A DNA stretch of 64,000 nucleotides from an uncultured Verrucomicrobiae bacterium (GTDB lineage Bacteria > Verrucomicrobiota > Verrucomicrobiia > Chthoniobacterales > JAFAMB01), in the NCBI GenBank assembly GCA_963837955.1, contig CAWIPH010000002.1, forward strand, positions 3,616,001 to 3,680,000, in the 5' to 3' direction. A program made the translations under genes and the position numbers. The notes below the pieces were generated by a model. It made no database searches and was not told where the DNA came from. It was given only the letters and a program-made list of their open reading frames with translations. Below are positions 9,800 to 19,503 of the stretch, piece by piece; position 1 is the stretch's first letter, and each line of letters starts with the position of its first letter.

Positions 9800-10747
9800 C
9801 TAGCGAATCCCTTTCTTACTGAGATCGATCACCTGTTTAGCGGTTTCAGCTGTCACAAAACCCGGACCCGTTAACACAGTTTCATTCGCCGGCAAAAGCC
9901 CGTATTTGATGTAGTTTGCCATGATTACGACCGCCAAATAACCCTGTAGATACTGCTGTTGATCGATCGCGAAGTCCATCTGCTTCTTGTCAATTGCTTG
10001 CAGGACAGTCGCCGACAAATCGAAAGTGCCGAACTTAACTTTCCCGACCATCCCTGCGCTCTCCAGCGCTTGCAGAGCCGGTTCGGAACCGGTTGGACCC
10101 AGCGCGAGAATTCCTTCGACGTCAGGATTCTTCTGCAGGTAACTGGCTACCGCATTGCGAGCTTCGGTGAAGTCCATTTTGACAGCAAGTACCTCGGCGT
10201 TGGTACCAAGTCCTTCCGAGAATCCTTTCGCGCGCAAGTCCAGTGCAACATTTCCGACCTCTTGGTTGATCACAACCGCCTTTTTCACGCCCTGTGCCTT
10301 CATCCGGGCGCCGGCTCCTTTGCCAGCAATTTCTTCTTCTTGTCCGACGTGCAGGAGACAACCCAGCTTCTTCGAGACATCCGAGCCGGAATTAATCGAA
10401 ATAACTGGAATCTTCGCAGCAACTGCCGCTTGGATTGACTTTCCCAAGGCGTCTGCATCCGGGATTGACACAATCAGACCATCAGGCTTAGAAGCGATGG
10501 CGGCGTCGATCAACTGTGACATGGCGACCATGTCGAATTTTTCAGGTGCACGGTATTCGACGTCGCTACTCGTTTCCTTAGCGGCCGCCACGACACCATT
10601 CTTCACGACTAACCAGAATGAATCAGATACTTGACCATGGGTAACTACAATAATCTTCGGTTTCTTCTGGGCCTGAGCCGAGAGAGGGATCGCCAGGGCG
10701 GCGACGGCAAATACCGCGAGTAAACGCAGTTTAGTTAGTTTAATCAT
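9800..10747 (-). CDS. Sugar ABC substrate-binding protein, probably inositol-binding
   Basis: Signal peptide; IIVVTHGQVSDSFWLVVKNG, FAIDQQQYLQGY; iol context. Confidence 0.88.
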   Translation of the reverse strand: MIKLTKLRLLAVFAVAALAIPLSAQAQKKPKIIVVTHGQVSDSFWLVVKNGVVAAAKETSSDVEYRAPEKFDMVAMSQLIDAAIASKPDGLIVSIPDADALGKSIQAAVAAKIPVISINSGSDVSKKLGCLLHVGQEEEIAGKGAGARMKAQGVKKAVVINQEVGNVALDLRAKGFSEGLGTNAEVLAVKMDFTEARNAVASYLQKNPDVEGILALGPTGSEPALQALESAGMVGKVKFGTFDLSATVLQAIDKKQMDFAIDQQQYLQGYLAVVIMANYIKYGLLPANETVLTGPGFVTAETAKQVIDLSKKGIR

Positions 10748-10790
10748 TATGTTGGGGGGTTGGGGTTGGGGAATAAATCAGTGAGGCGCA

Positions 10791-11603
10791 TTAGACAGCT
10801 TCCGCCAAAGATGTTTCAGGCGACGGACCAGCCAGGCGATAGGGAATCTCTCGCGCGGCAAAGGCTTCCAAGAAATGAGCCGGGATACCTGGATCAGTAA
10901 TGATCATCGCAATTTCGTCGAGCCGCGCGTAGGTCGCCAGGCAAGCGTGTCCGAACTTTGACCCATCGGATAGCACGTAAGATTCGTCAGCGGAGCGAAT
11001 CATCGCGCGTTTCACCTCAGCATCTAACGGATTCGGCGTGCTGTGTCCGTGAGCGATGGTTGTACCGGAAGATCCCAGGAAAGCTCGGTCGGCATGATAA
11101 CTTTCCAGAGTTTGAACTGCCGTTGGACCAATCAGCGCTAGACTATGATTACGAACTTGTCCGCCCACCAGGAGCAACTCGTATCCGGCCCGGGAAAGCT
11201 CGAGCGCTACGGGCACTGAACTTGTAAGCACGTAGAGCGATTGGAATTTGCCGACTAGTGCTGACGCCAACGAGAGCGTAGTGCTACCTGCATCTATGAT
11301 GATGGTGTCACCCTCGTGAATGTATTCCAGCGCGGCCCGGGCGATCGCTTCTTTCTGTTCGGCCTGCAAATTCACTTTCTCCATGAAAGAGATGTTGAAT
11401 CGACTTCTGTGCGAAAAGACGGCGCCTCCATAGGTTCGCTGCAGAAGTCCCTGCTCTTCGAGCTCGGTTAGATCCTTGCGAATGGTGACCTGACTGACTG
11501 CGAAGCGCTCGGACAGGTCTTCGACCCGGACGCTTCCAGCTTCCTCCAACGAAAGGAGGATCTTGCGACGTCTCGCTTCGGCAGTCATTCCAAATTCGTC
11601 CAC
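10791..11603 (-). CDS. DeoR/GlpR (AgaR-like) transcriptional regulator
   Basis: FAVSQVTIRKDLTELEEQGLLQRTYGGA HTH; IIDAGSTT; DGSKFG. Confidence 0.92.
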   Translation of the reverse strand: MDEFGMTAEARRRKILLSLEEAGSVRVEDLSERFAVSQVTIRKDLTELEEQGLLQRTYGGAVFSHRSRFNISFMEKVNLQAEQKEAIARAALEYIHEGDTIIIDAGSTTLSLASALVGKFQSLYVLTSSVPVALELSRAGYELLLVGGQVRNHSLALIGPTAVQTLESYHADRAFLGSSGTTIAHGHSTPNPLDAEVKRAMIRSADESYVLSDGSKFGHACLATYARLDEIAMIITDPGIPAHFLEAFAAREIPYRLAGPSPETSLAEAV

Positions 11604-11622
11604 GGTTAGCGCGTTGTATTAG

Positions 11623-12441
11623 TTACTTGGCCCCAATCGGAACGGTGATGGGGTTTCCACTCCAATTCGTCGCAACCCAGTCGTACTCCGGGTCATTGAC
11701 CGCCGAGATGCGCCGAACATCACCGGCCAAAAAATTCAGATAGTAAGCGTTGGTGCCCGGAGCTTTTACCACTGGGTGGTATCCTTCGTGCACTAACACC
11801 AAATCGCCGTTCTGTACCGGTATTGCGATATCGAGGTCGGTACCGCGAGTATAAATGCGCTGAATCGCAAATCCGTTACTTGGTTGAAACCGGTAGTAGT
11901 AAGTTTCCTCGTGATAGGACGAGTGATCCCGCGTGTCGTGTCGATGCGGAGGAAAGCTCGACCAGTTGCCGCTCGGCGTATGAATCTCAAAGGCGGTTAG
12001 TCTTTCGGTCAGCTGATCCGAGTCCGCCAGCGTGCTCACGCTGCGTTTGGCGTTAGCGTCACCGCGGATGCCGACCGAAATTTCGGAGCGCCCGATAACT
12101 CGTGTCGGAAGTCGCCCTTCCGCCGGCGCACCACCTATCGCTAACTCAGCCGGCTCGGTGGCCTTGACCGAAAACTGCGTTTGCGGCGGTAGATAAAAAA
12201 TGTCAGTAGGACCGGCGAAAACGCTGGCCCGCTCGAACGGATGATCCCTTTTGCCAAAAGAGCAAAATCCCTTTCCGGATAACGGCACAACAATTACTTC
12301 ATTAGCGCCGGTATTTAGTTCCACACTGTTCCCGGGGTCGAGCGCTTCCACCCGAAACGAAAGATACTTCCAACCTGCCGTTTCTGGCGTGATGTCGATT
12401 CGGGTCCGGCTGGTTAAATCGGGTCGGTAATGCCGTTTCAT
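11623..12441 (-). CDS. iolB: 5-deoxy-glucuronate isomerase
   Basis: ITPETAGWKYLSF, GNWSSFPPHRHD, EETYYYRF, GYHPVV, YYLNFLAG. Confidence 0.92.
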   Translation of the reverse strand: MKRHYRPDLTSRTRIDITPETAGWKYLSFRVEALDPGNSVELNTGANEVIVVPLSGKGFCSFGKRDHPFERASVFAGPTDIFYLPPQTQFSVKATEPAELAIGGAPAEGRLPTRVIGRSEISVGIRGDANAKRSVSTLADSDQLTERLTAFEIHTPSGNWSSFPPHRHDTRDHSSYHEETYYYRFQPSNGFAIQRIYTRGTDLDIAIPVQNGDLVLVHEGYHPVVKAPGTNAYYLNFLAGDVRRISAVNDPEYDWVATNWSGNPITVPIGAK

Positions 12442-13454
12442 GTAGTAATCTCCGAAAGCTTCACGGACCGCTTTTCTCTCCAACTACGGGTTGCCGCGAT
12501 AGCTAATCGCAGCGTTTCCAATGCGTCCTCTGCGCCGGGGGTCGGCGGTTGGCCATTCTGGAGAGCCTTGAAGAAAGCTTCTATTTCGAGCCGGTAGCCG
12601 GCAGCGAAACGATCCGGGAAATTTTCGAAGTGATCAAAGCTCGCCGCGAAGTTGCGCGAGAAAACGGCTGGAGTTTTCTGAACTGCTTCGACCACCACTT
12701 TTCCTTCCGCTCCAGCGATCTCGGTTCGGATATCATAACCCCAATTGGAGCGGCGGGACGTCTCGACTACCCCAAAGGCGCCATTAGCGAAACGCAAGAA
12801 TGCTACCGCCGTATCGGCGTCGTCTGCCTCGGCAAACCGGGAGTCGATTAAGACGGTGCCCCAGGCGTGAACCTCCTCGACTTCGCCCACCAGAAAGCGG
12901 GCCAGATCAAGATCGTGGACAGCCATGTCGAGAAAAAGTCCGCCGCTTTGCCGAAGAAACTTCAGACTGGGCGGATAGGTATCGCGGCTAAGCGCTCGAA
13001 ACGTTTCGATCCGACCGAGTTCACCGGCATCGATCCGCTTTTTGGCGGCCACGTATCCCGGATCGTACCGGCGCATAAACCCAAGTTGCACTTGCGCTTT
13101 AGACTCGCGGACGAGTTCGACCACTCGTTTTGTTTCGGCCAGGTCCAAGGCGATCGGCTTTTCGCTGAAGACCGCTTTACCGGCGCGTATCGCCAATTCG
13201 ATTAACCGAGCATGTGTGTCGGTCGGAGTTACAATCACGACCGCGTCAACCGAGGGATGGTTGATTGCCTCTTCAATTTCGGTGGTAGCGATCTCAGCGC
13301 CGGAAAGCCGTTTGCCGGATTCGGCTGATTCCAGATTCGGGTCAGCCACGACGACTACTTGGACATCCGACAAGCCGCCGAGATTCCGGAGGTGTGTTTC
13401 GCCCATCCGACCAACGCCAAGGAAAGCAACCCCAATAGTAGAGCTGGTTTTCAT
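12438..13454 (-). CDS. iolG: Inositol 2-dehydrogenase (Gfo/Idh/MocA)
   Basis: GVGRMG, FSEKPI, GFMRRYD, SGGLFLDMAVHDLD, WGYDIRTE. Confidence 0.85.
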   Translation of the reverse strand: MKTSSTIGVAFLGVGRMGETHLRNLGGLSDVQVVVVADPNLESAESGKRLSGAEIATTEIEEAINHPSVDAVVIVTPTDTHARLIELAIRAGKAVFSEKPIALDLAETKRVVELVRESKAQVQLGFMRRYDPGYVAAKKRIDAGELGRIETFRALSRDTYPPSLKFLRQSGGLFLDMAVHDLDLARFLVGEVEEVHAWGTVLIDSRFAEADDADTAVAFLRFANGAFGVVETSRRSNWGYDIRTEIAGAEGKVVVEAVQKTPAVFSRNFAASFDHFENFPDRFAAGYRLEIEAFFKALQNGQPPTPGAEDALETLRLAIAATRSWREKRSVKLSEITT

Positions 13455-13565
13455 TCTAAAGTCCTCCTGGACTCGAAAATCTTCGTGCGCGCCGCCGGAG
13501 GAGGTCTGACGCAAGCCTTCGAAGAGTTTCCTTACGTGCCTGGCCAATCATCGCTCTCATCGTGG

Positions 13566-14576
13566 CTAACCAATCTCTTGCAGCTGGACGAGCCGGCCAA
13601 GCTTTTGGCTTTGGGTTGCGGCTAATCCGATCCGCAATGCACCGATTGCATCTGCAGCGCCGGGACTCGGACTTGTCCGTTCTAAGACCGCGGTAAAAAA
13701 AGATTCTAATTCGGCCCGAAACGCATCCCCGAACCGATCCATGAAGAAATGATGATGATCTTGCTCCGAACCACCTTCCCTGAAAAAGCGTAACGGAGTT
13801 TTTCGTTCCGCCTGCACGACTAGTTTACCCCTCTCGCCAAATACTTCTGTCACGATGTCGTAGCCGTAAACCGCACGCCGCGAATTCTCGATCACTCCCA
13901 GGGCTCCATTTTTGAAACGCAAGATTGTTGTTGCGGTATCGACGTCGCCTAACTCTGCGGCATCCTGGCTGAAGCGAGCGACTCCGACCGCAAAGACGGA
14001 CTCCACTTCACCGACCAAGAAGCGGGCGAGATCGAAGTCATGGATCGCTTGATCCAAAAAAAGCCCTCCGCTTTTCGCGAGGTATTCTTTTGGTGGCGGC
14101 CCCGGGTCACGACCCACCGCCCGAAACTGGTCAATGCGGCCTAATAATCCCTGTTCAATTCTTTTCCGCGCTTCCGCGTAGCCTGAATCAAATCGTCTTT
14201 GGAATCCGATTTGAAATGGAACGCCGCTCTCTTTGACGATTGCGAGGGCTCGCTTGGTCCGCTCCAGGTCAAGCGCAACCGGCTTCTCGCAGAAGATCGC
14301 TTTGTTTTTGCGTGCGCTCTCTTCAATTAACTCCGCGTGACTATCCGTCGGAGTGCATATGACGACTGCGTCCACCTCACGTGAAGATAAAATCTCGGCA
14401 GTCTGATCGGTGGCCGTCGCACCCGGTATGGCCGCAGCCATTTTGCGGGCGGCCTCCAGACGCGGATCGCAGACCGCAACCACTTGAACCCGGGGATCGG
14501 CAATCAAACTCTTACTATGTTCTTGACCGATTCGCCCGGCGCCTAGCAAAGCCACCCGGAGTTTTGCGTCGCTCAT
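13566..14576 (-). CDS. iolG: Inositol 2-dehydrogenase (second paralog)
   Basis: GAGRIG, FCEKPV, GFQRRFD, SGGLFLDQAIHDFD, SRRAVYGYD. Confidence 0.87.
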   Translation of the reverse strand: MSDAKLRVALLGAGRIGQEHSKSLIADPRVQVVAVCDPRLEAARKMAAAIPGATATDQTAEILSSREVDAVVICTPTDSHAELIEESARKNKAIFCEKPVALDLERTKRALAIVKESGVPFQIGFQRRFDSGYAEARKRIEQGLLGRIDQFRAVGRDPGPPPKEYLAKSGGLFLDQAIHDFDLARFLVGEVESVFAVGVARFSQDAAELGDVDTATTILRFKNGALGVIENSRRAVYGYDIVTEVFGERGKLVVQAERKTPLRFFREGGSEQDHHHFFMDRFGDAFRAELESFFTAVLERTSPSPGAADAIGALRIGLAATQSQKLGRLVQLQEIG

Positions 14577-15499
14577 CGTGCTTGTTTTCTTTTGATTTGC
14601 TCCGCTACGCGCCGGGCCGACAACTGGTATTTATCGAGTAGAAACTCGTTCGGGGCGGATTCGCCCCACTCGTCTTGCATTCCGAGACGAAATACCCGCC
14701 GCGGCGAGTACTCCGAAAGTATTTCGGTGACCAAACCGCCCAGACCACCCAGACGGCTATGCTCTTCCACCGTGAACACCAGATCAAATTTCTCACAAAC
14801 TCTTAAGAGATCCTCGTACCGTAGCGGCTTGATCGAAGGAACATGGAGAACAGCAGCTGAAATCCCTTCTTTCTCGAGCTCCTGCGCCGCCTCGAGGCAC
14901 CGAGAGGATTGCGGCCCGGTGGAGATCATCAACAGATCGGATCCGTCGCGCAGCTGGTGCACTGCTCCGGGTTCAAACCGATAATCCGGTCCAAAAACGG
15001 CCGGACTCGGATCACGAGTCAGACGCAGATAAACCGGTCCAACATAGTCGCTCGCCCAGTGAATCATCGCCGCGCATTCGAATTCATCGGCGGGCGCAAG
15101 CACCGTCATTCCCGGCATCGCCCGCATGATGGCCAGATCCTCGACGTCCTGGTGAGTCTTCCCGGTGAATCCGGTCAGTAAGCCGGAGTAGGCTGCACCT
15201 ATCTTTACGTTCGCATGGGTTTGCGCCACCAACATCCGGACCGGGTCAAGCGCGCGATGCGTGAAGAAAATCGTAAATGACGACAGCCAGGGAACAAATC
15301 CAAGCGCTGCCATCCCGACGGCAGTGCCTACCATATTCTGTTCGGCGATCCCCATTTCCAGAAAACGGTCAGGGTGCGCTTGCGCAAATTTGTCCGCTTT
15401 AGTCGAGTTCGCCAAGTCGGCGTCCAAGACCACGATCGATTCATTTTGTCGCGCGAGTTCGCTGAGAGTCTCGCCGAACACATCCCGAAGCGCTTTCAC
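14573..15499 (-). CDS. Transketolase, C-terminal (pyrimidine-binding) subunit
   Basis: LDADLANST, EMGIAEQNM, THQDVED, GPVYLRL, VEEHS; GTG start overlapping the upstream stop. Confidence 0.9.
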   Translation of the reverse strand: MKALRDVFGETLSELARQNESIVVLDADLANSTKADKFAQAHPDRFLEMGIAEQNMVGTAVGMAALGFVPWLSSFTIFFTHRALDPVRMLVAQTHANVKIGAAYSGLLTGFTGKTHQDVEDLAIMRAMPGMTVLAPADEFECAAMIHWASDYVGPVYLRLTRDPSPAVFGPDYRFEPGAVHQLRDGSDLLMISTGPQSSRCLEAAQELEKEGISAAVLHVPSIKPLRYEDLLRVCEKFDLVFTVEEHSRLGGLGGLVTEILSEYSPRRVFRLGMQDEWGESAPNEFLLDKYQLSARRVAEQIKRKQAR

Positions 15500-16374
15500 T
15501 TGGTTACCTCCTTTATCCCAAGCTCTCGCCGCGCAATTTCGAGTTCGTTGCTGTTCGCCACCTTTGAGTGCCATTCAAATTTTCCTTCCGTAAATGAGAG
15601 TCCCTTCCCTTTGGCAGTGTGAGCCAGAATCATCGTTGGTTGGCCAACTCGTCCCCGAGACTTCGAATCCTGTAGCACCGGAATAATCTCGCCAAAGTTG
15701 TGGCCGTCGATCTCAACCACGTTCCAACCGAGTCCTTTAAAGACCATTGGAAGATCGGCTCCAGACCAGGGATCTCGGCGATCCGCACGCCCGACCGCGC
15801 CAGCCTCGTTCAACCACCCAAACTGCTGTAGTCCGTTCGAGTCGAGAATCGCGGTAAGGTTTGCGACTTTGTATCGCGGTGCGATATGCAGCGCTTCCCA
15901 AACCATTCCTTCCTGGAGCTCACCGTCACCGATCATGACGAACGTTTGAAAACCAAGGCCTTTCCTCTGAGCGGCGATGGCAAAGCCAAGTCCGACAGAT
16001 AAACCCATCCCGAGCGAACCGGTCGAAGTCTCTAGCCCCGGTAATTTGGTCATATCCGGATGCCCCTGGAGCCGTGAATTTCCCTTATCGAACGTCTTCA
16101 GTTCTTCGACTGGAAAGTAGCCCCTGAGCGCCATCGCAGTGTAGAGGCCGATCGCGGCGTGACCCTTCGAAAGAATGAATCGGTCTCGATCCGGCCACTT
16201 CGGCTCGTCCGGCCGAACCGCCATAACTCGAAAAAAGAGCGCTATGAGTAAATCCATAGCTGACATCGGCCCCCCGACATGACCCGCTCCACTGGCAGAC
16301 ACAGTTTGCAGGACGTGCCAGCGGCCTTGTCGGGCTAACGATTCGAGTTCAGAAAAATCGGTGGGGTTAGTCAT
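15496..16374 (-). CDS. Transketolase, N-terminal (ThDP-binding) subunit
   Basis: GHVGG, RDRFILSKGHA, LQGHPD, TGSLGMG, GDGELQEG...N ThDP motif. Confidence 0.92.
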   Translation of the reverse strand: MTNPTDFSELESLARQGRWHVLQTVSASGAGHVGGPMSAMDLLIALFFRVMAVRPDEPKWPDRDRFILSKGHAAIGLYTAMALRGYFPVEELKTFDKGNSRLQGHPDMTKLPGLETSTGSLGMGLSVGLGFAIAAQRKGLGFQTFVMIGDGELQEGMVWEALHIAPRYKVANLTAILDSNGLQQFGWLNEAGAVGRADRRDPWSGADLPMVFKGLGWNVVEIDGHNFGEIIPVLQDSKSRGRVGQPTMILAHTAKGKGLSFTEGKFEWHSKVANSNELEIARRELGIKEVTK

Positions 16375-16446
16375 AACAGCATATTTTCAGGGTTGGTGCA
16401 TTTGTAACGTCGGCGTTGTTCCAGTTGACCGGAGCGGTAGCGATTC

Positions 16447-18339
16447 TCATGCAATGATCGGGCGCTGATTCTTCGTCGCTGCTTCGTACAACTCGCGTGT
16501 CTTCCGCGTTTTCTCGAGCTCGCTCACCTCGGCCACCGGCACATCCCACCAAGTTCCCATTCCAGGCATGCGAGATTCGGGATCGACCGGCACGACGACG
16601 ACCGCGATGCGATCCGATTGCCGCGCCTGGACCAGCGCTTCCTTCACTTCTGCTGCCGTGGTCGCATAGAACGCCCGAGCACCCATCGATTCAGCATGCT
16701 TCGGGAAATCAATCGGAACATATGAGCCAGTCGGAGCCGCATTCCCGTTACCGCGAAATCGTAATTCGTTTCCGAAATCGGACACACCGACAGCTCGCTG
16801 AAGTCCGAGTATGCATTGATAACCATGGTTATCGACCAGCACGATCGTGATCCGGATACCTTCGGCCACGGCCGTCACAATTTCGGAATTCATCATGAGA
16901 TAAGAGCCGTCGCCCACCATCACGACAACCTCCCGCTCCGGATCAGCGAGTTTGGCGCCAAGACCACCGGCAATTTCGTAGCCCATGCATGAATAGCCGT
17001 ACTCCAAATGATAGGCCTTTGGATCCTCTGGTCGCCAGAGCCGGAGAAGCTCTCCGGGCAATCCGCCGGCCGCACAGACGACGGTGGCTTTTCCACCGAA
17101 GCTCTCGTTAACCAGTCCAATTACGGCGGTCTCTGCCAGCTTCCCGGGAGCATCTGTCTTGACCGTGCGGAGATCGGTCACCACCGCATCCCATTCCCTC
17201 TTTTGTGCGTGGACCTGGTCCCGGTAATCTGGCGACGTACCAGTATATCCGCTCTCTTTGAGAGCGCGATGCAAAGCAGCCACCGCACGCTTCGCGTCCG
17301 CCACGATCGGAAGGGCGTGCAATTTATGCACGTCCATCGGCGCAACGTTTATTCCAATGAAATGGACAGCCGGATTTTGAAAAGCTGATTTGGAAGCGGT
17401 AGTAAAGTCGCTTAACCGCGTTCCCAGGTTGATGATCAAATCGGCCTCATAGGCAAGTCGATTAGCTGCGGTTGAACCGTTCGATCCGATCGGACCAGCA
17501 TTCATTGGATGATTCCAATTTAGGACACCTTTCCCTGCCTGCGTCTCGGTGACCGGAATTCCAAACTCTTCGGCAAATCGCCGCAGTTCTTCGGTCGCCT
17601 CCGAGTAGATGGTGCCACCGCCCGAAATAATCAGTGGCTTTTTCGCCGACTTAATCAGCAGCGCCGCGGCCTCAAGAAGTTCCGGTTCCGGCACGGGTCG
17701 TCGCACGTGCCAGGTGCGTTCTTCAAAAAGCCCAACCGGATAATCATATGCTTCCGTTTGTACGTCTTCGGGTAACGCAATCGTGACTGCTCCGGTTTCG
17801 GCCGGATCGGTCAAAACTCGGAATGCTTCAGGCAAGCTGCCGATGAGTTGCTCGGGGCGGCTGATTCGATCAAAGAACCGGGAAACCGGTCGAAATGCAT
17901 CATTCACACTGACATCGCGTTCAGAAGGATGCTCGAGTTGCTGCAACACCGGATCGGGAATGCGGTTAGCGAAGTAGTCACTCGGCAATAGCAAGACCGG
18001 CAACCGATTCACGGTGGCGGCGGCCGCACCGGTTACCATGTTCGTGGCGCCCGGACCTATCGAAGTTGTACACGCGAAAGTGGCCAGACGATTGCGTTGT
18101 TTGGCGTAGGCCGCTGCCAGATGCACCATGGCTTGCTCATTCTGGGGCCGATAAAACCGGAGGCCTTCAGCGCCCGCTAATTCGGCCAAACCCTGGCCTA
18201 ACCCGCCAACATTGCCGTGACCGAAGATTCCCCAAAAGCCTTCAATGAATCGATGACGTTTCCCATCGCGTTCCACGAACTGGTTAGCGACGAAGCGGAC
18301 GAGGGCCTGACCGGCGGTGAGTCGAGTTACGCGATCCAT
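16447..18339 (-). CDS. iolD: 3D-(3,5/4)-trihydroxycyclohexane-1,2-dione acylhydrolase
   Basis: GIFGHGNV, NEQAMVH, TTSIGPGATNMVT, YHLEYGYSCMGYEIAGGLG, WWDVPVAEVS. Confidence 0.96.
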   Translation of the reverse strand: MDRVTRLTAGQALVRFVANQFVERDGKRHRFIEGFWGIFGHGNVGGLGQGLAELAGAEGLRFYRPQNEQAMVHLAAAYAKQRNRLATFACTTSIGPGATNMVTGAAAATVNRLPVLLLPSDYFANRIPDPVLQQLEHPSERDVSVNDAFRPVSRFFDRISRPEQLIGSLPEAFRVLTDPAETGAVTIALPEDVQTEAYDYPVGLFEERTWHVRRPVPEPELLEAAALLIKSAKKPLIISGGGTIYSEATEELRRFAEEFGIPVTETQAGKGVLNWNHPMNAGPIGSNGSTAANRLAYEADLIINLGTRLSDFTTASKSAFQNPAVHFIGINVAPMDVHKLHALPIVADAKRAVAALHRALKESGYTGTSPDYRDQVHAQKREWDAVVTDLRTVKTDAPGKLAETAVIGLVNESFGGKATVVCAAGGLPGELLRLWRPEDPKAYHLEYGYSCMGYEIAGGLGAKLADPEREVVVMVGDGSYLMMNSEIVTAVAEGIRITIVLVDNHGYQCILGLQRAVGVSDFGNELRFRGNGNAAPTGSYVPIDFPKHAESMGARAFYATTAAEVKEALVQARQSDRIAVVVVPVDPESRMPGMGTWWDVPVAEVSELEKTRKTRELYEAATKNQRPIIA

Positions 18340-18451
18340 AATTGGACATCCTTATCGAAAAGCCTGCAGGGGGGCTTGTTGAGATCTCGGTTAGACCTCC
18401 GAGAAGGGCTCTGTTCTGGGGATGAGTGGAGAGAACTCATGGGGTGCACAT

Positions 18452-18499
18452 CTTTCGTTTTCTTTCGTTCTGATATAGAAACGAAACTCGGCCAGTCAA
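18452..18499 (-). promoter_or_regulatory. Putative iol operon promoter with CTTTC-N5-CTTTC DeoR/AgaR-type operator
   Basis: ctttcgttttctttcgttc followed by inverted aaacgaaa; TTGACT on minus strand at 18494-18499. Confidence 0.55.
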
Positions 18500-18730
18500 G
18501 TAGATTTCCGCAAAAATCTGCTCCAACTCCAAGACAAGAAAGGATGGATTCACCATCTCGACGGCCGAAATCTGTTTCGACCGAGAGCGAACACCGACTT
18601 TTGATCTGAAACGAGGTTCTCAGGAGCGAGTTTGCCGGCGCTGCTAGCAAATTGGCGGAAAAAGAGCGGTAATGAACGTCCTCTAGCCGCATTCTAAATT
18701 CCAAATCCCAGACTCTAGACTCCGTCCCCG

Positions 18731-19417
18731 TCACACCTCCACACTCTGACCAGGCTCGAGAATGTGGATCTTCGCTCCTTTACCTTCAGCCAACCGAGCA
18801 AACTCTTTCGGGTCGCCGAATAGAGGCGGAAAGGTGCCATAATGAATCGGTACGACGGCTTTAGGGCGCAGGAATTCTACGGCTTTCGCGGCATCTTTCG
18901 GCCCCATCACGAAATGTTCGCCGATGGGCAAGAATGCGAGATCGATCGGGACATCGTCTCCGATCAGTTTCAGGTCGGAGAATAGCGCCGTATCGCCGGC
19001 GTGAAACACTACCTTATCCGCGGTCCGAATGATGACTCCGGCCGGTTCTCCAAGATAGATGGGGTTTCCGTCTTCTGCCATCACACTAGAGCTATGGATC
19101 GCCGGAGTGAACTTAACTGCTCCAAAGGGATACTTGCACCAACCCCCGTGGTTTTGCGCAGATACCTGGGCTCCTTGGTTCCCTAACCACAATGCCAATT
19201 CATAGGTGGATATCACGAGTGCGCCGGTTCGTTTGGCGATAGAAAGGGTATCACCTACGTGATCGCCGTGACCATGCGTGACCAGGATAAAATCAGGATC
19301 CAAGTCCTCCGCCTTTACCGCAGCCTTTGGATTCCCCGTCAAAAATGGATCGATCGCGATACGCGTATTATCAAATTCCAAGTAAACGGCGGCGTGCCCG
19401 AGAAAGGTCGCTTTCAT
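18731..19417 (-). CDS. Metal-dependent hydrolase, metallo-beta-lactamase fold (UPF0173-like)
   Basis: THGHGDH, FHAGDT, PIHYGTFP. Confidence 0.9.
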   Translation of the reverse strand: MKATFLGHAAVYLEFDNTRIAIDPFLTGNPKAAVKAEDLDPDFILVTHGHGDHVGDTLSIAKRTGALVISTYELALWLGNQGAQVSAQNHGGWCKYPFGAVKFTPAIHSSSVMAEDGNPIYLGEPAGVIIRTADKVVFHAGDTALFSDLKLIGDDVPIDLAFLPIGEHFVMGPKDAAKAVEFLRPKAVVPIHYGTFPPLFGDPKEFARLAEGKGAKIHILEPGQSVEV

Positions 19418-19503
19418 GTACTTCACTAAGCGAAATAAACGCCTGAGCAAGCCGGAGATCATCATCGATCAGAATCCCCTCGGAGCCGACGAACATTGAC
19501 GTG

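Noticed and set aside
18327..18734. 135-aa ORF upstream of iolD
   Set aside because: No motifs, and it spans the predicted promoter/operator.
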